A DNA stretch of 64,000 nt from Deltaproteobacteria bacterium (GTDB taxonomy: Bacteria > Myxococcota > Myxococcia > Myxococcales > SZAS-1), in contig JAFEBB010000025.1 in assembly GCA_018266075.1 (NCBI GenBank), positions 26,613 through 90,612 on the forward strand, written 5' to 3'. The notes under the pieces are model-generated. The model was not told the origin of the DNA and did no database searches. It saw nothing but the letters and a program-made list of their open reading frames with translations. Below, piece by piece: positions 1 to 8,241 of this stretch (position 1 is the first letter of the stretch; the number at the start of each line of letters is the position of its first letter). Both the position numbers and the translations under genes were made by a program.

Positions 1-97
1 GGGCTCCAGGGTTCTTTCTAAAAGTGTCGTGCAGTCGATCCGTGACGCGTGTCACGTGCTAAAAGCCTGCGCCATTTCCCTCTCGAGGACCTTTCCC

Positions 98-937
98 ATG
101 AAGAAGCTGATTGGCATTGCCGCGGTGGCGCTCCTGGCCGCGGGCTGCTCGGGCTCCGACAACGGCAGCTCCGGCAGCACCACCACGACCACCGGCACCA
201 CCAGCCACACCACCAGCACCGGCGGGAACACCACCGGCTCCAGCACCGGCACCACCGCGAGCAACACCAGCGGCACCACTGGCTCCAGCACCGGCACCAC
301 CGCGAGCAACACCGGCGGCACGTCGGCCAGCGGCACGGCCACCAACGGCACGTCGGCGAGCGGCACGGCCACCAACGGCACCGGCACCACCGGCGGCGGC
401 GACAACGTCACCGGCACGCTCGGCTTCACCGTGGGCAAGACGATCGCGCTCGATTTCTTCAAGTACCCGGACGGCGGCGGCGCGGACAACACCGTGGCCG
501 AGATCGACATGACCGACGACGCCACCGACAGCTGCTCCGACGACTACGCGCTTCCGGACGGCGGCGCGCCGGCGGCCGAGCACTACTGGCTCTCGATGCG
601 CGCCCACGACCCGAACGGCGTGACCGCGGGCACCGCGTACCAGTCGCTCAGTGTGGGCCAGTGGAACAACGGCCTCGCCGACGGTGGCGGCACGCCGGCC
701 ACCAACCTCCAGGCGGTCTACTACAACCTCGACACCGGCGATGTGTACGTGGCCGTGAACGGCACCGCGACCTTCAACCAGGACGCCTCGCAGAACCCCA
801 CCATCAGCTTCCAGCTGACCATGGGCAAGGCGAACACCTCGGTGACCCCGCCCACCGTCTCCGCGGCCGGCACCAGCCAGCTCACCGGCGCGGGCACCGC
901 GGCCTGCGCCATTGGCCTCATCGAGTCCGGCCCCTGA
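98..937 (+). CDS. Hypothetical lipoprotein with Thr/Ser/Gly-rich linker
   Basis: Inside track ORF 29..937. ATG at 98 gives MKKLIGIAAVALLAAGC (signal peptide + lipobox LAAG|C), then a T/S/G low-complexity tract and a globular C-terminal domain. Confidence 0.75.
   Translation: MKKLIGIAAVALLAAGCSGSDNGSSGSTTTTTGTTSHTTSTGGNTTGSSTGTTASNTSGTTGSSTGTTASNTGGTSASGTATNGTSASGTATNGTGTTGGGDNVTGTLGFTVGKTIALDFFKYPDGGGADNTVAEIDMTDDATDSCSDDYALPDGGAPAAEHYWLSMRAHDPNGVTAGTAYQSLSVGQWNNGLADGGGTPATNLQAVYYNLDTGDVYVAVNGTATFNQDASQNPTISFQLTMGKANTSVTPPTVSAAGTSQLTGAGTAACAIGLIESGP
149..400 (+). repeat. T/S/G low-complexity coding tract with internal direct repeats
   Basis: Encodes ...GSSTGTTASNTSGTTGSSTGTTASNTGGTSASGTATNGTSASGTATNG...; units STGTTASNT and GTSASGTATN each occur twice at peptide and DNA level. 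Confidence 0.8.
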
Positions 938-960
938 TTTCGTCCCAGCGTTGAGGATGG

Positions 961-987
961 GGCCCGGCTGCCGCGAGGCGCCGGGCC
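961..987. terminator. GC-rich hairpin between convergent genes (possible bidirectional terminator)
   Basis: GGCCCGGC (961-968) pairs with GCCGGGCC (980-987) around an 11-nt loop, in the gap between stops at 937 (+) and 997 (-). No clean U-tract. Confidence 0.3.
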
Positions 988-996
988 TCGTCGTCT

Positions 997-1545
997 TCAG
1001 GCGGCCCGCCAGATCACCTCGAGCACGCACACGGGCGGCTCGTGCTTGACCAGCGAGACCTTCGGCTCGGGCGCGCCGATCATCTCCGCCGCGGACTGCA
1101 GCGTGCCCGCCCAGTAGCCGGGCATGCCGATGGCGTCGCGGAAGGTGACCCTGAACTGGTTGGGCGCGAGCTCCACCACCTCGGGCTCGCAGAAGTTGTT
1201 CACCGTGCGGTAGTTGCGCGCGAGGCGGTGCATCGAGCGCCGCGGGCCGATGAGCTTCAAGATGGCCATGGTCGCCTTGCCGATGGCAGTGTCCTTGAAG
1301 CCGTCGAGGGCGAGCGCGCCGATGCGTCGGTGGCGCTCGTCGATGGGCAGCTCGGAGAAGATCTCGGCCGCGGCGGCGTCGACCCAGCGGGCCCAGGTCG
1401 TCGCGGGCACGGCACCGGTGGGGGGCTTGTCCACGTCGAGGCCGACGGCGAGCAGCCGGGCCTTGAGCGCGGGCGTGAGGCTTCCGCGCAGCCCATGGAG
1501 CAGCGACTCGACCGAGGCCTCGAAGGCGACGCGCGTGTCCGCCAT
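997..1545 (-). CDS. DUF2378-like protein (myxobacterial paralogous family, TIGR02265-type as far as I can recall)
   Basis: 182-aa ORF. Clear paralogue of 4415..4984 (KATMAILKLIGPRRSMHRLARNYRTVNNF vs KALLAVLKLIGPRRALLRTEKNFRSANNY). Size and taxon fit the family. Confidence 0.75.
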   Translation of the reverse strand: MADTRVAFEASVESLLHGLRGSLTPALKARLLAVGLDVDKPPTGAVPATTWARWVDAAAAEIFSELPIDERHRRIGALALDGFKDTAIGKATMAILKLIGPRRSMHRLARNYRTVNNFCEPEVVELAPNQFRVTFRDAIGMPGYWAGTLQSAAEMIGAPEPKVSLVKHEPPVCVLEVIWRAA

Positions 1546-1663
1546 GGCCCGAGGATACGGCAGAACCGCTGGCCACCGATGGCGAGTCTCTCCGGGCGCC
1601 GCGCGAGGCGGGCCGCGGCTGCTTTGAACACCAACCGATCTCCGGAGACTTCGAGGTCGCTCG

Positions 1664-3382
1664 CTACGCGATCACCTGCTCCGGCGAGTCGGGGTTGACC
1701 ATCGCGGCGCCCACGCGCATCGCGAGCGCCATGATGGTCATCGTGGGGTTGAAGCCGCTGGAGGTGGGGAACAAGCAGCCGTCGGCGCCGAAGAGGTTGC
1801 CCACGTCGTGGAAGCGGCCGTTCGCGTCGGTGACGCTCGTGGTGGGGTCGGTGCCCAAGCGCAGCGTGCCCATGATGTGCTGCGACGTGGGCAGGCCGTC
1901 GAAGTTCGGCGCCACCGTGGCCCAGCGCGCGCCCGCGGCGCCGAGCAGCTCCAGCATCTTCGGCGCGTAGAAGTCGCTCGCGTTCAGCTCGAACGCGTGG
2001 CTCGCGTAGGTGATGCGCGGCACGGGAAGGCCGTCGAGGTCCTTCACGGCGGGATCGAGGTCCACCCGGTTTCCGGGCTGCGGCGCGTCCTCGGCCTGCA
2101 TGCACATGGCGATGATGCGATCGCGCAGCGGGCTCTGGCGCATGAGCTTCTTGAAGAGCGGGCCCGAGAACTTGTTGAGCGCGGTGAGCACCTGGATCGC
2201 GTACTCGGCCTCGCCGACCGGACCCTCGCTGCCCGAGAGCTCCACGATGCCGCCGAGCGGCTTGTTGTCCGGATCGGTGGCGTCGCCGCGGAAGTCGGCG
2301 AAGCCGTGCGTCACCGTGCGCCCGCGATGGCCGTGCAGGCGCTCTTCGAAGAGGCCGATCACGTTGGTCTGGTAGTGGAACGTGAGGTTCCGACCAACCT
2401 GGCCGCTCGAGTTGCCCACGCCCGGGCCCGTCGGGTCGGACAAGAGGCAGAGCCGCGCGTCCTCGATCGGGCTGGCCGCGAGCACGTAGCGATCGGCGCG
2501 GTAGCTCACGCGCGCGCCGTCTGGGCCAATGGCGTCGACGCTGGTGATGGTGTCGCCGGCGCCGTTGCGGTTGAGCTTCACCACGCGCGTCTCGGGGAGC
2601 ATCAGGCAGTTGCCGGTGAGGAGCGCGGCGCGCAGCGTGGTCACCGGCGGCGAGCCCTTGGCGTTGGTGGGGCAGCCGAAGCCCGAGCAGAAGCCGCAGT
2701 CGTTGCACGGCGGCCGGCCGCCGTACGGGACGGAGTTCACGGCCATCGGATACGGGAAGGGCGTGAGGCCCAGGCTGCGCGCGCCATCGCTCGCGAGCAG
2801 GCCCACGTACATCGGCGTTCCCGGCGCCATGGGGAAGGGCGCCGAGCGCGGCCCTTCGAGCGGGTTGGCGCCAGCGATGCCCTGCACGCCGATGACCTTC
2901 TCGGCGTAGGTGTAGAACGGCTCCAGCATGTCGTAGGTGACAGGCCAGTCCGCGAAGCTGGTGCCCGGAAACTTGCCGGCGAGCAGCGTGCCGAGCTGAA
3001 AGTCCGTCGGGATGTAGCGCGGCATCTTCAAGTCCGCGTGCACCGCGCCGCCGCCGACGGTCTTGGGCAGGTTCTGCACGTCGCCCACGTAGGTGCGGTC
3101 GCCGTCGGACTCGCTGGTGCGCCAGGTGCGCGGCTCCACGCGCGGGTCCTGCATGATCAGTCGACGCGGACCGTGGCCCAGCTCGTCGTTGGCGAAGCGC
3201 GACACCGGCTGGCGCGTCGGGTCGTCGAGGGAGTCGAACCGGTTCGCGCCCGCCTCGAGCACGAGCACCTTCAGCCCCGCCTTGCAGAGCACGTGCGTGA
3301 TCGAACCGCCGCCTGCGCCCGAGCCGATGACGAGCACGTCGAACTGCGTGAGCGCGGTGTTTCCCACGGGCTTGCTGCTCAT
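1664..3382 (-). CDS. GMC-family FAD oxidoreductase (large subunit)
   Basis: Track ORF 1664..3622 trimmed to ATG 3382 (MSSKPVG). Has an N-terminal FAD Rossmann motif DVLVIGSGAGGG and GMC-like length and C-terminus. The start overlaps the upstream stop (ATGA at 3379-3382). Confidence 0.9.
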   Translation of the reverse strand: MSSKPVGNTALTQFDVLVIGSGAGGGSITHVLCKAGLKVLVLEAGANRFDSLDDPTRQPVSRFANDELGHGPRRLIMQDPRVEPRTWRTSESDGDRTYVGDVQNLPKTVGGGAVHADLKMPRYIPTDFQLGTLLAGKFPGTSFADWPVTYDMLEPFYTYAEKVIGVQGIAGANPLEGPRSAPFPMAPGTPMYVGLLASDGARSLGLTPFPYPMAVNSVPYGGRPPCNDCGFCSGFGCPTNAKGSPPVTTLRAALLTGNCLMLPETRVVKLNRNGAGDTITSVDAIGPDGARVSYRADRYVLAASPIEDARLCLLSDPTGPGVGNSSGQVGRNLTFHYQTNVIGLFEERLHGHRGRTVTHGFADFRGDATDPDNKPLGGIVELSGSEGPVGEAEYAIQVLTALNKFSGPLFKKLMRQSPLRDRIIAMCMQAEDAPQPGNRVDLDPAVKDLDGLPVPRITYASHAFELNASDFYAPKMLELLGAAGARWATVAPNFDGLPTSQHIMGTLRLGTDPTTSVTDANGRFHDVGNLFGADGCLFPTSSGFNPTMTIMALAMRVGAAMVNPDSPEQVIA

Positions 3383-4263
3383 TCGAACACCTTCCCGCCC
3401 AACAGCTGCACGGCCGTGGTGATGAGCGCGCGCGTGTCGTCGTCGAGCGGCTCGGGATCCGGCCCGGGGCTCGGCGTGGACACCGGGTGGCCTTCGCGCT
3501 CGATGAGCGTCTGCGTCGACGCGTCCCAGAGCGAATAGCCGTACGGCTGCACATCGCCTTCGAAGCGCACCAGCGACCAGCCGATGCCGCCCGTGTTCCC
3601 GCCGTACTCCGGCGCCGACCACGCGGCCTGGAGCGTGAGCTCGACGATCAGGTCTTTGAAGTCCTGCGGCAGCCCGTTGAACGCGGCGGCCTGGTCGGCG
3701 ACGTTGAGCTCACCCACGGGCTTGGCGAGCGTGGCGAGCGCGGCCTGCAGACCGCTGCGCATCTGATCGCGCAGGCCGATGACCTTGCCCAGCACCGCGT
3801 CGTTGGGCCCGCCGCCGTCGACGCCGTCGGAGCCGTAGAGGTACAGCTTCCACGACGCGAGCTGCACGCGATCCAGCGGCAGGAGGTTGGCGAAGTCGTT
3901 CTCGCCGTTCTGGCCCGAGGGCTGGCCGTTGGTGTCGGGCACCGGGTTGCGGCCCGAGCTCGGCCCGGACACGAAGAGGGTGGGCGTCGCATTCGCAGGG
4001 TCGAGGGCCGTGAGCAGCCGCTCCACGAACGACACCGTGCCCAGGCCCGCGCCGCCGACGACCTCGTCCGGCGGCAACACCACGTCGGCCAGGTTGGCGA
4101 GCATCGCGCGCTCGTCGGCCGTGAAGAACGTCGGCCCGGTCGAAGGAGGCGTCGTCGTCCCCGCGGGGCCCGCACTCGACTTGCACCCGGGCATGATCAG
4201 GTAGGCCGCGCCGGCGCCTGCCCAGCCCAGCACCTGGCGCCGCGACGGTCGGTGTCCGCTCAT
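3379..4263 (-). CDS. Gluconate 2-dehydrogenase subunit-3-like small subunit, Tat signal + lipobox
   Basis: Track ORF 3379..4371 trimmed to ATG 4263. MSGHRPSRRQVLGWAGAGAAYLIMPGC carries a twin-arginine motif (SRRQVL) and a lipobox. Translationally coupled to the GMC gene. Confidence 0.8.
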   Translation of the reverse strand: MSGHRPSRRQVLGWAGAGAAYLIMPGCKSSAGPAGTTTPPSTGPTFFTADERAMLANLADVVLPPDEVVGGAGLGTVSFVERLLTALDPANATPTLFVSGPSSGRNPVPDTNGQPSGQNGENDFANLLPLDRVQLASWKLYLYGSDGVDGGGPNDAVLGKVIGLRDQMRSGLQAALATLAKPVGELNVADQAAAFNGLPQDFKDLIVELTLQAAWSAPEYGGNTGGIGWSLVRFEGDVQPYGYSLWDASTQTLIEREGHPVSTPSPGPDPEPLDDDTRALITTAVQLLGGKVFE

Positions 4264-4414
4264 GGGGCTCCCTGATACGGCAAGACGTTGGCGATGGGTT
4301 ATAGGCCGGCTTCGGCCGAAGTTGCGTGCGTCCGGCGTCAGAAGGGCATGCCGCGGCCGCCAGGCTCGCATGGAAGCGAGCCTCGAACGACGAGCGACGA
4401 TTGAGGGTCGCGGC

Positions 4415-4984
4415 TCAGCCCCACTTCACGTGGAAGAGCGTGCCGTCGTCCTGCTTGGCGAGCACCGACACCTGCGCGTCGCGCGCCCCCGCGGCCTCGA
4501 GCCCGCCCGACACGATGCCTGCGGTGTAGCTCGGCTCGCCGTTGGCCTCGTTCAGCCACATCTCGAACTCGCTCGGCCCGAGCTCCTTGAAGCGGCACTC
4601 GGTGTAGTTGTTGGCGCTGCGGAAGTTCTTCTCGGTGCGCAGGAGCGCGCGCCGCGGCCCGATGAGCTTGAGCACCGCGAGCAGCGCCTTGCCCACCAGC
4701 GTCTCCCAATAGCCGTCCACGAGGCGGCGGCCGAGCTGGTACAGCGCCTGCTCACGCGGGAGCTCGGGGAACGCGGCCTGCGCGGTGAGCCGCACCGCGG
4801 CCACGAAGGTCGGAAACGGGTAGCCGGGCAGGAACGGCTTGTCGAGGTCCAGCCCGGCCGCGCGGAGGTCTTCGCGCAGCGGCCCGTGGAGCAGCGCCGG
4901 CGGGAGCCGGCCGAGCATTCCCTGGATGGCGTGGGCGAAGACGATGCGGTCCTTCGCCTCCACGTGCGTCCGCGCGACCGCCAT
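4415..4984 (-). CDS. DUF2378-like protein (second paralogue)
   Basis: 189-aa ORF, alignable over its whole length with 997..1545. Confidence 0.75.
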   Translation of the reverse strand: MAVARTHVEAKDRIVFAHAIQGMLGRLPPALLHGPLREDLRAAGLDLDKPFLPGYPFPTFVAAVRLTAQAAFPELPREQALYQLGRRLVDGYWETLVGKALLAVLKLIGPRRALLRTEKNFRSANNYTECRFKELGPSEFEMWLNEANGEPSYTAGIVSGGLEAAGARDAQVSVLAKQDDGTLFHVKWG

Positions 4985-5087
4985 GGCGCACCCCCCGGTT
5001 CAAGAGCCTAGCGCGCAACCGCGATCGGCGCCGAGGACCCGGAGGGGAAGTGTTCTGGGGCAGCTCGAAGCTTCAGGGAAACGCTGG

Positions 5088-5708
5088 CTACGGCGGCAGC
5101 GGCTTGGAGAGATGCTCCTGCGCCACCTTGGCCAGGCCCACGAGCGTGTCGAGGCTCGCGTCATCGATGCCGGCGTCGGGGAGGACGGTGCACACGGGCT
5201 GGCCACAGGAAATCGACACCACAGAGTGCGTGGGCGGATCGGCGAACACCAGCACCAGCTCTTCGGGGTGGGTGCTCAGCGCGAGCGCGAGTGGACCCAC
5301 TGCGGGGAGCATACGCGCCTTGGGCTGCTCGTGGATCGACGCCTGGAATCGCTGCGCCACCGCTTGTGGCGTGGGGAAGGCCTGCCACTCCACGCTCACG
5401 CCTGGCCCCGGGGCGGCGGCCACGTAGCGCACGCCGTCGTAGGACGGGCTGGTGGGCGGCTTGCCGGCGATGGGCTGCGGACCCATGCCGCCTCTCACGT
5501 GGAGCTTGGCGATGTCGCCGGGCCCGAGCAGGTACTTCGCATCGAGCGGACGGGGCGGCCGATTGGCGAGCACGGGGTCGCGCGGCGGCGTGAACGCGAC
5601 GGGCGCAGGCGGACCGGAATCCACCACCTCGGCGGCGCGCTTCTCGGGGCAACCCGTCGCGACGACCAGCGCGGCGAAGATCAGGAGACGTGAGAGAGGC
5701 TGGGTCAT
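5088..5708 (-). CDS. Hypothetical lipoprotein
   Basis: MTQPLSRLLIFAALVVATGC gives a signal peptide + lipobox (VATG|C). Amino-acid composition is protein-like, unlike the Arg/Pro-rich overlapping frames. Confidence 0.65.
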   Translation of the reverse strand: MTQPLSRLLIFAALVVATGCPEKRAAEVVDSGPPAPVAFTPPRDPVLANRPPRPLDAKYLLGPGDIAKLHVRGGMGPQPIAGKPPTSPSYDGVRYVAAAPGPGVSVEWQAFPTPQAVAQRFQASIHEQPKARMLPAVGPLALALSTHPEELVLVFADPPTHSVVSISCGQPVCTVLPDAGIDDASLDTLVGLAKVAQEHLSKPLPP

Positions 5709-5776
5709 GGGGCGCGAAAATACAACGGGCCGGCGAGGAGTGCTCGCCAGCCCGAGGTGTCAGGCAATGCCGTCGA

Positions 5777-7291
5777 TCAGTAGCAGCAGCGGTACTGGTA
5801 GGCGTTGCCGCTGGCGGCCGGCGGGCCGTTGATGTTGTAGCCCGCGACGCTGCAGTTGGCCTCGTTCGACACCTCGAAGGTGTCGTCGGCGGTCTCGTCG
5901 CTGTACCAGGTGGTGTTGCCCGTGGCTCCCGCGAAGTAGTCGAAGGGGAACGCGGAGGGCGACTGGAGGTACGCGCCGCACGCGTCCATGGCCTCGGAGT
6001 AGTGGCACACGTGCGAGACCATGCCCTTGCCGGGCTTGTTCTCACAGGCGGCGAAGGCGTTGTAGATGGTGGCCGCCGTCTCGAGCGTGTTGTCTACGCA
6101 GAGCTTGCCGCCGTTGACCGCGCTGAAGCCGGTGGCGCAGCCCATGCCGATGTCGGCGATCTCGAAGCCGTCGATGCGGGTGTTGCCCGCGTTGGCGGCG
6201 TTGGTGAACACCACCGGCTTGATGAACCGGGTGTTCGCGGGGAAGTTGTAGATCGTGGTGCCCTCGCCGGTGACCTGGCCCTGGAACAGCGTCCAGGTGT
6301 TGGCCGTGAGCGCGGCGCCGTTGGCGATGAAGTTGGTGAAGGTGCCGCCGTTACCCGTGATGAAGACCTGGTTCTTGTCGTAGGCCGCGAAGCCCGCGGA
6401 GAAGGTGCCGCTGCCGCTGGTCATCTTGGCCCAGATGCGGCCCTCGTACAGGCGGGTCGGGTCGACGGGGATGAACTGGCCGAAGGTGTTCTGCGAGCCG
6501 GCGCCCGAGGACACGTTGGTGTCGGAGATGTCGAACGAGGCGTTGCCCATCTTCACGTCGGTGGTGTTGAGCGTGATGGTCGGCACGTCGCCGCCCACGT
6601 TGGTGAACTGGGTCACGTCCTTGGTGAAGTAGATGAGGTTCTGGCCGGTGCCGACCGGGGCCGCCGCGCCCGCAGGGCCGGCGGGACCGGTGGCGCCCGC
6701 GGCGCCGTTCGCACCCGCAGGGCCGGTGGGCCCAACGGGACCCTGAGCGCCATCGGCGCCGTTCGCACCCGCAGGACCGGTCGGACCCGCAGGGCCCTGG
6801 AGGCCAGCCACCGAGCCCACCCAGGCGCCGCTCGCGTTCACGATGGGCGCGCCATTCACGGAGATGCCGTTGGCGTCCACGGTGACGGTGCCGTTGTTCA
6901 CGCTGTCGGCCTCACCCGCGTGGAGCGCGTACGCCACGCTCACGATGGGCTGGCGCGGCGTGAGGACCTCGCCGTTCACCGTGAGCTGCAGGTAGCGCGT
7001 GGTGCCGTCCCAGAGGTTCGCCGGGAAGGCCGTCTGGGTGCCGAGGTTCAGGCTGTAGAAGCCCTCGACCACCGCCACCGCACCGCTGGTGCCGGACGAG
7101 TAGGTCTCGGTCCATAGGCTCGAGCCGCCCGTCAAGGCGGCGAAGACGTCCACGGTGATCGTGGCGGAGGCGTTGAGCGGGTTGCCGTTCTGGTCGAACA
7201 AGCGGCCCTGGTAGGTGAGCTGCTGCGGCACGCCCGCGAATGCGGTGCCCGCGAGGAGCAGCGTGGCCATGATCGTCATCAGTCGCTTCAT
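5777..7291 (-). CDS. Secreted collagen-triple-helix-repeat protein with tail-fibre-like N-terminal module and Cys-rich C-terminus
   Basis: Signal peptide MKRLMTIMATLLLAGTAFA; 16 consecutive G-X-Y triplets; C-terminal module with 8 Cys ending RCCY. Confidence 0.85.
   Translation of the reverse strand: MKRLMTIMATLLLAGTAFAGVPQQLTYQGRLFDQNGNPLNASATITVDVFAALTGGSSLWTETYSSGTSGAVAVVEGFYSLNLGTQTAFPANLWDGTTRYLQLTVNGEVLTPRQPIVSVAYALHAGEADSVNNGTVTVDANGISVNGAPIVNASGAWVGSVAGLQGPAGPTGPAGANGADGAQGPVGPTGPAGANGAAGATGPAGPAGAAAPVGTGQNLIYFTKDVTQFTNVGGDVPTITLNTTDVKMGNASFDISDTNVSSGAGSQNTFGQFIPVDPTRLYEGRIWAKMTSGSGTFSAGFAAYDKNQVFITGNGGTFTNFIANGAALTANTWTLFQGQVTGEGTTIYNFPANTRFIKPVVFTNAANAGNTRIDGFEIADIGMGCATGFSAVNGGKLCVDNTLETAATIYNAFAACENKPGKGMVSHVCHYSEAMDACGAYLQSPSAFPFDYFAGATGNTTWYSDETADDTFEVSNEANCSVAGYNINGPPAASGNAYQYRCCY
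6662..6805 (-). repeat. Collagen-like G-X-Y repeat region (16 triplets)
   Basis: Encodes GLQGPAGPTGPAGANGADGAQGPVGPTGPAGANGAAGATGPAGPAGAA. The DNA carries a near-identical duplicated segment (ggcgccgttcgcacccgcagg.ccggt, twice). Confidence 0.9.
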
Positions 7292-7315
7292 TGTTCTGGC
7301 TCCTGTTCCTGTTCT
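7292..7315 (-). promoter_or_regulatory. GGA-rich intercistronic leader / extended Shine-Dalgarno
   Basis: The coding strand reads TAG-AGAACAGGAACAGGAGCCAGAACA-ATG and fills the whole 24-nt gap between 7316..8122 and 5777..7291. Similar in style to 25191..25219. Confidence 0.5.
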
Positions 7316-8122
7316 CTACGGGCTGACCACGCCGCCCAGATTCTTGTAGCTGTTGCTGCTTCCAATGGGGCCGGGGTTCGTCGCGGAGACGGCCCCGATT
7401 CCGCGGTAGCTGTTGCTGCCCATCGGCTGGCTCACGTTGCTGCCGGCCACGAACCCGCCGTAGCTGGAGAAGTGCTGGCTGAAGGCGAACGGCGGCCCCG
7501 CTCCGAAGCTCACCGGGCCGTTCGGACCGGTGCAGCCCGATGCCGTGCACGTGACCTCACAGCCGTTGGCCGCGTTGCCATCGAGGTTGTACGTGCCCGG
7601 CGCGCAGCCGATGCCGCCGCCCGTCGAGCCGCCGGTGCTGCCGGTCGTGCCCGTGGTGCTGGAGCTGCTGCCGGTCGAGCCGGTGGTCGTCGTCGCGGTG
7701 GTGCCCGTGGAGCCGGTGGTGTTGGTGGCCGTCGTGCCCGTGGTGGCGCTGGTGGAGCTCGACGAGCCCGTGGTGTTCGTCGCGGCGGTGCCCGTGGAGC
7801 CGGTGGTGTTCGTGGCCGTGGTGCCGGACGAGCCCGAGGCGTTCGTGGCCGTGGTGCCGGACGAGCCCGAGGTGTTCGTGGCCGTGGAGCCGGACGAGCC
7901 GGTGCTGGCCGCGGTCGACGTCGAGCCGCTGGAGCCTTCGGTGGTGGTCGACGTGCCGGTCGAGGTGCTGCCCGCGGTGGCCGAGGTGGAGGTGCTGCCG
8001 TTCGCGGCCGTGGTGCCGGTGCTGCCGCCGGTGGACTTGCCGGTGGTGGCGCCGCCGCCGCAGCCGGCCCCGAGCAGCGTCGCCAGCGTCAGCCCAACGA
8101 ACGCCTTGCGCGGGAGAGCCAT
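7316..8122 (-). CDS. Hypothetical lipoprotein with long Ser/Thr/Gly repeat linker
   Basis: MALPRKAFVGLTLATLLGAGC (lipobox LGAG|C), about 150 aa of S/T/G repeats, then a short Cys-containing C-terminal domain. Confidence 0.75.
   Translation of the reverse strand: MALPRKAFVGLTLATLLGAGCGGGATTGKSTGGSTGTTAANGSTSTSATAGSTSTGTSTTTEGSSGSTSTAASTGSSGSTATNTSGSSGTTATNASGSSGTTATNTTGSTGTAATNTTGSSSSTSATTGTTATNTTGSTGTTATTTTGSTGSSSSTTGTTGSTGGSTGGGIGCAPGTYNLDGNAANGCEVTCTASGCTGPNGPVSFGAGPPFAFSQHFSSYGGFVAGSNVSQPMGSNSYRGIGAVSATNPGPIGSSNSYKNLGGVVSP
7613..8059 (-). repeat. S/T/G low-complexity coding tract with tandem ~36-nt units
   Basis: Peptide units GSSGTTATN(A/T)(S/T) recur. The plus-strand DNA shows gttcgtggccgtggtgccggacgagcccgagg three times around 7800-7900. 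Confidence 0.8.
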
Positions 8123-8241
8123 GGTTGCCTCGGGGATGTGCAGGGGGAGCCGCCGAACAGAGGCAAGAGGTTAGGCAAGCGACGCGCGAATTGTCCAACT
8201 GGATTCTTTGCGCGGCGCGCAACAAGCCCGTGCAGCGAACA

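Noticed and set aside
59-1576. 505-aa minus-strand ORF covering the first lipoprotein gene and the DUF2378 gene region
   Set aside because: Gly/Arg/Ala-rich artefactual composition. It overlaps, in other frames, a lipobox protein on the plus strand and the DUF2378 paralogue on the minus strand.
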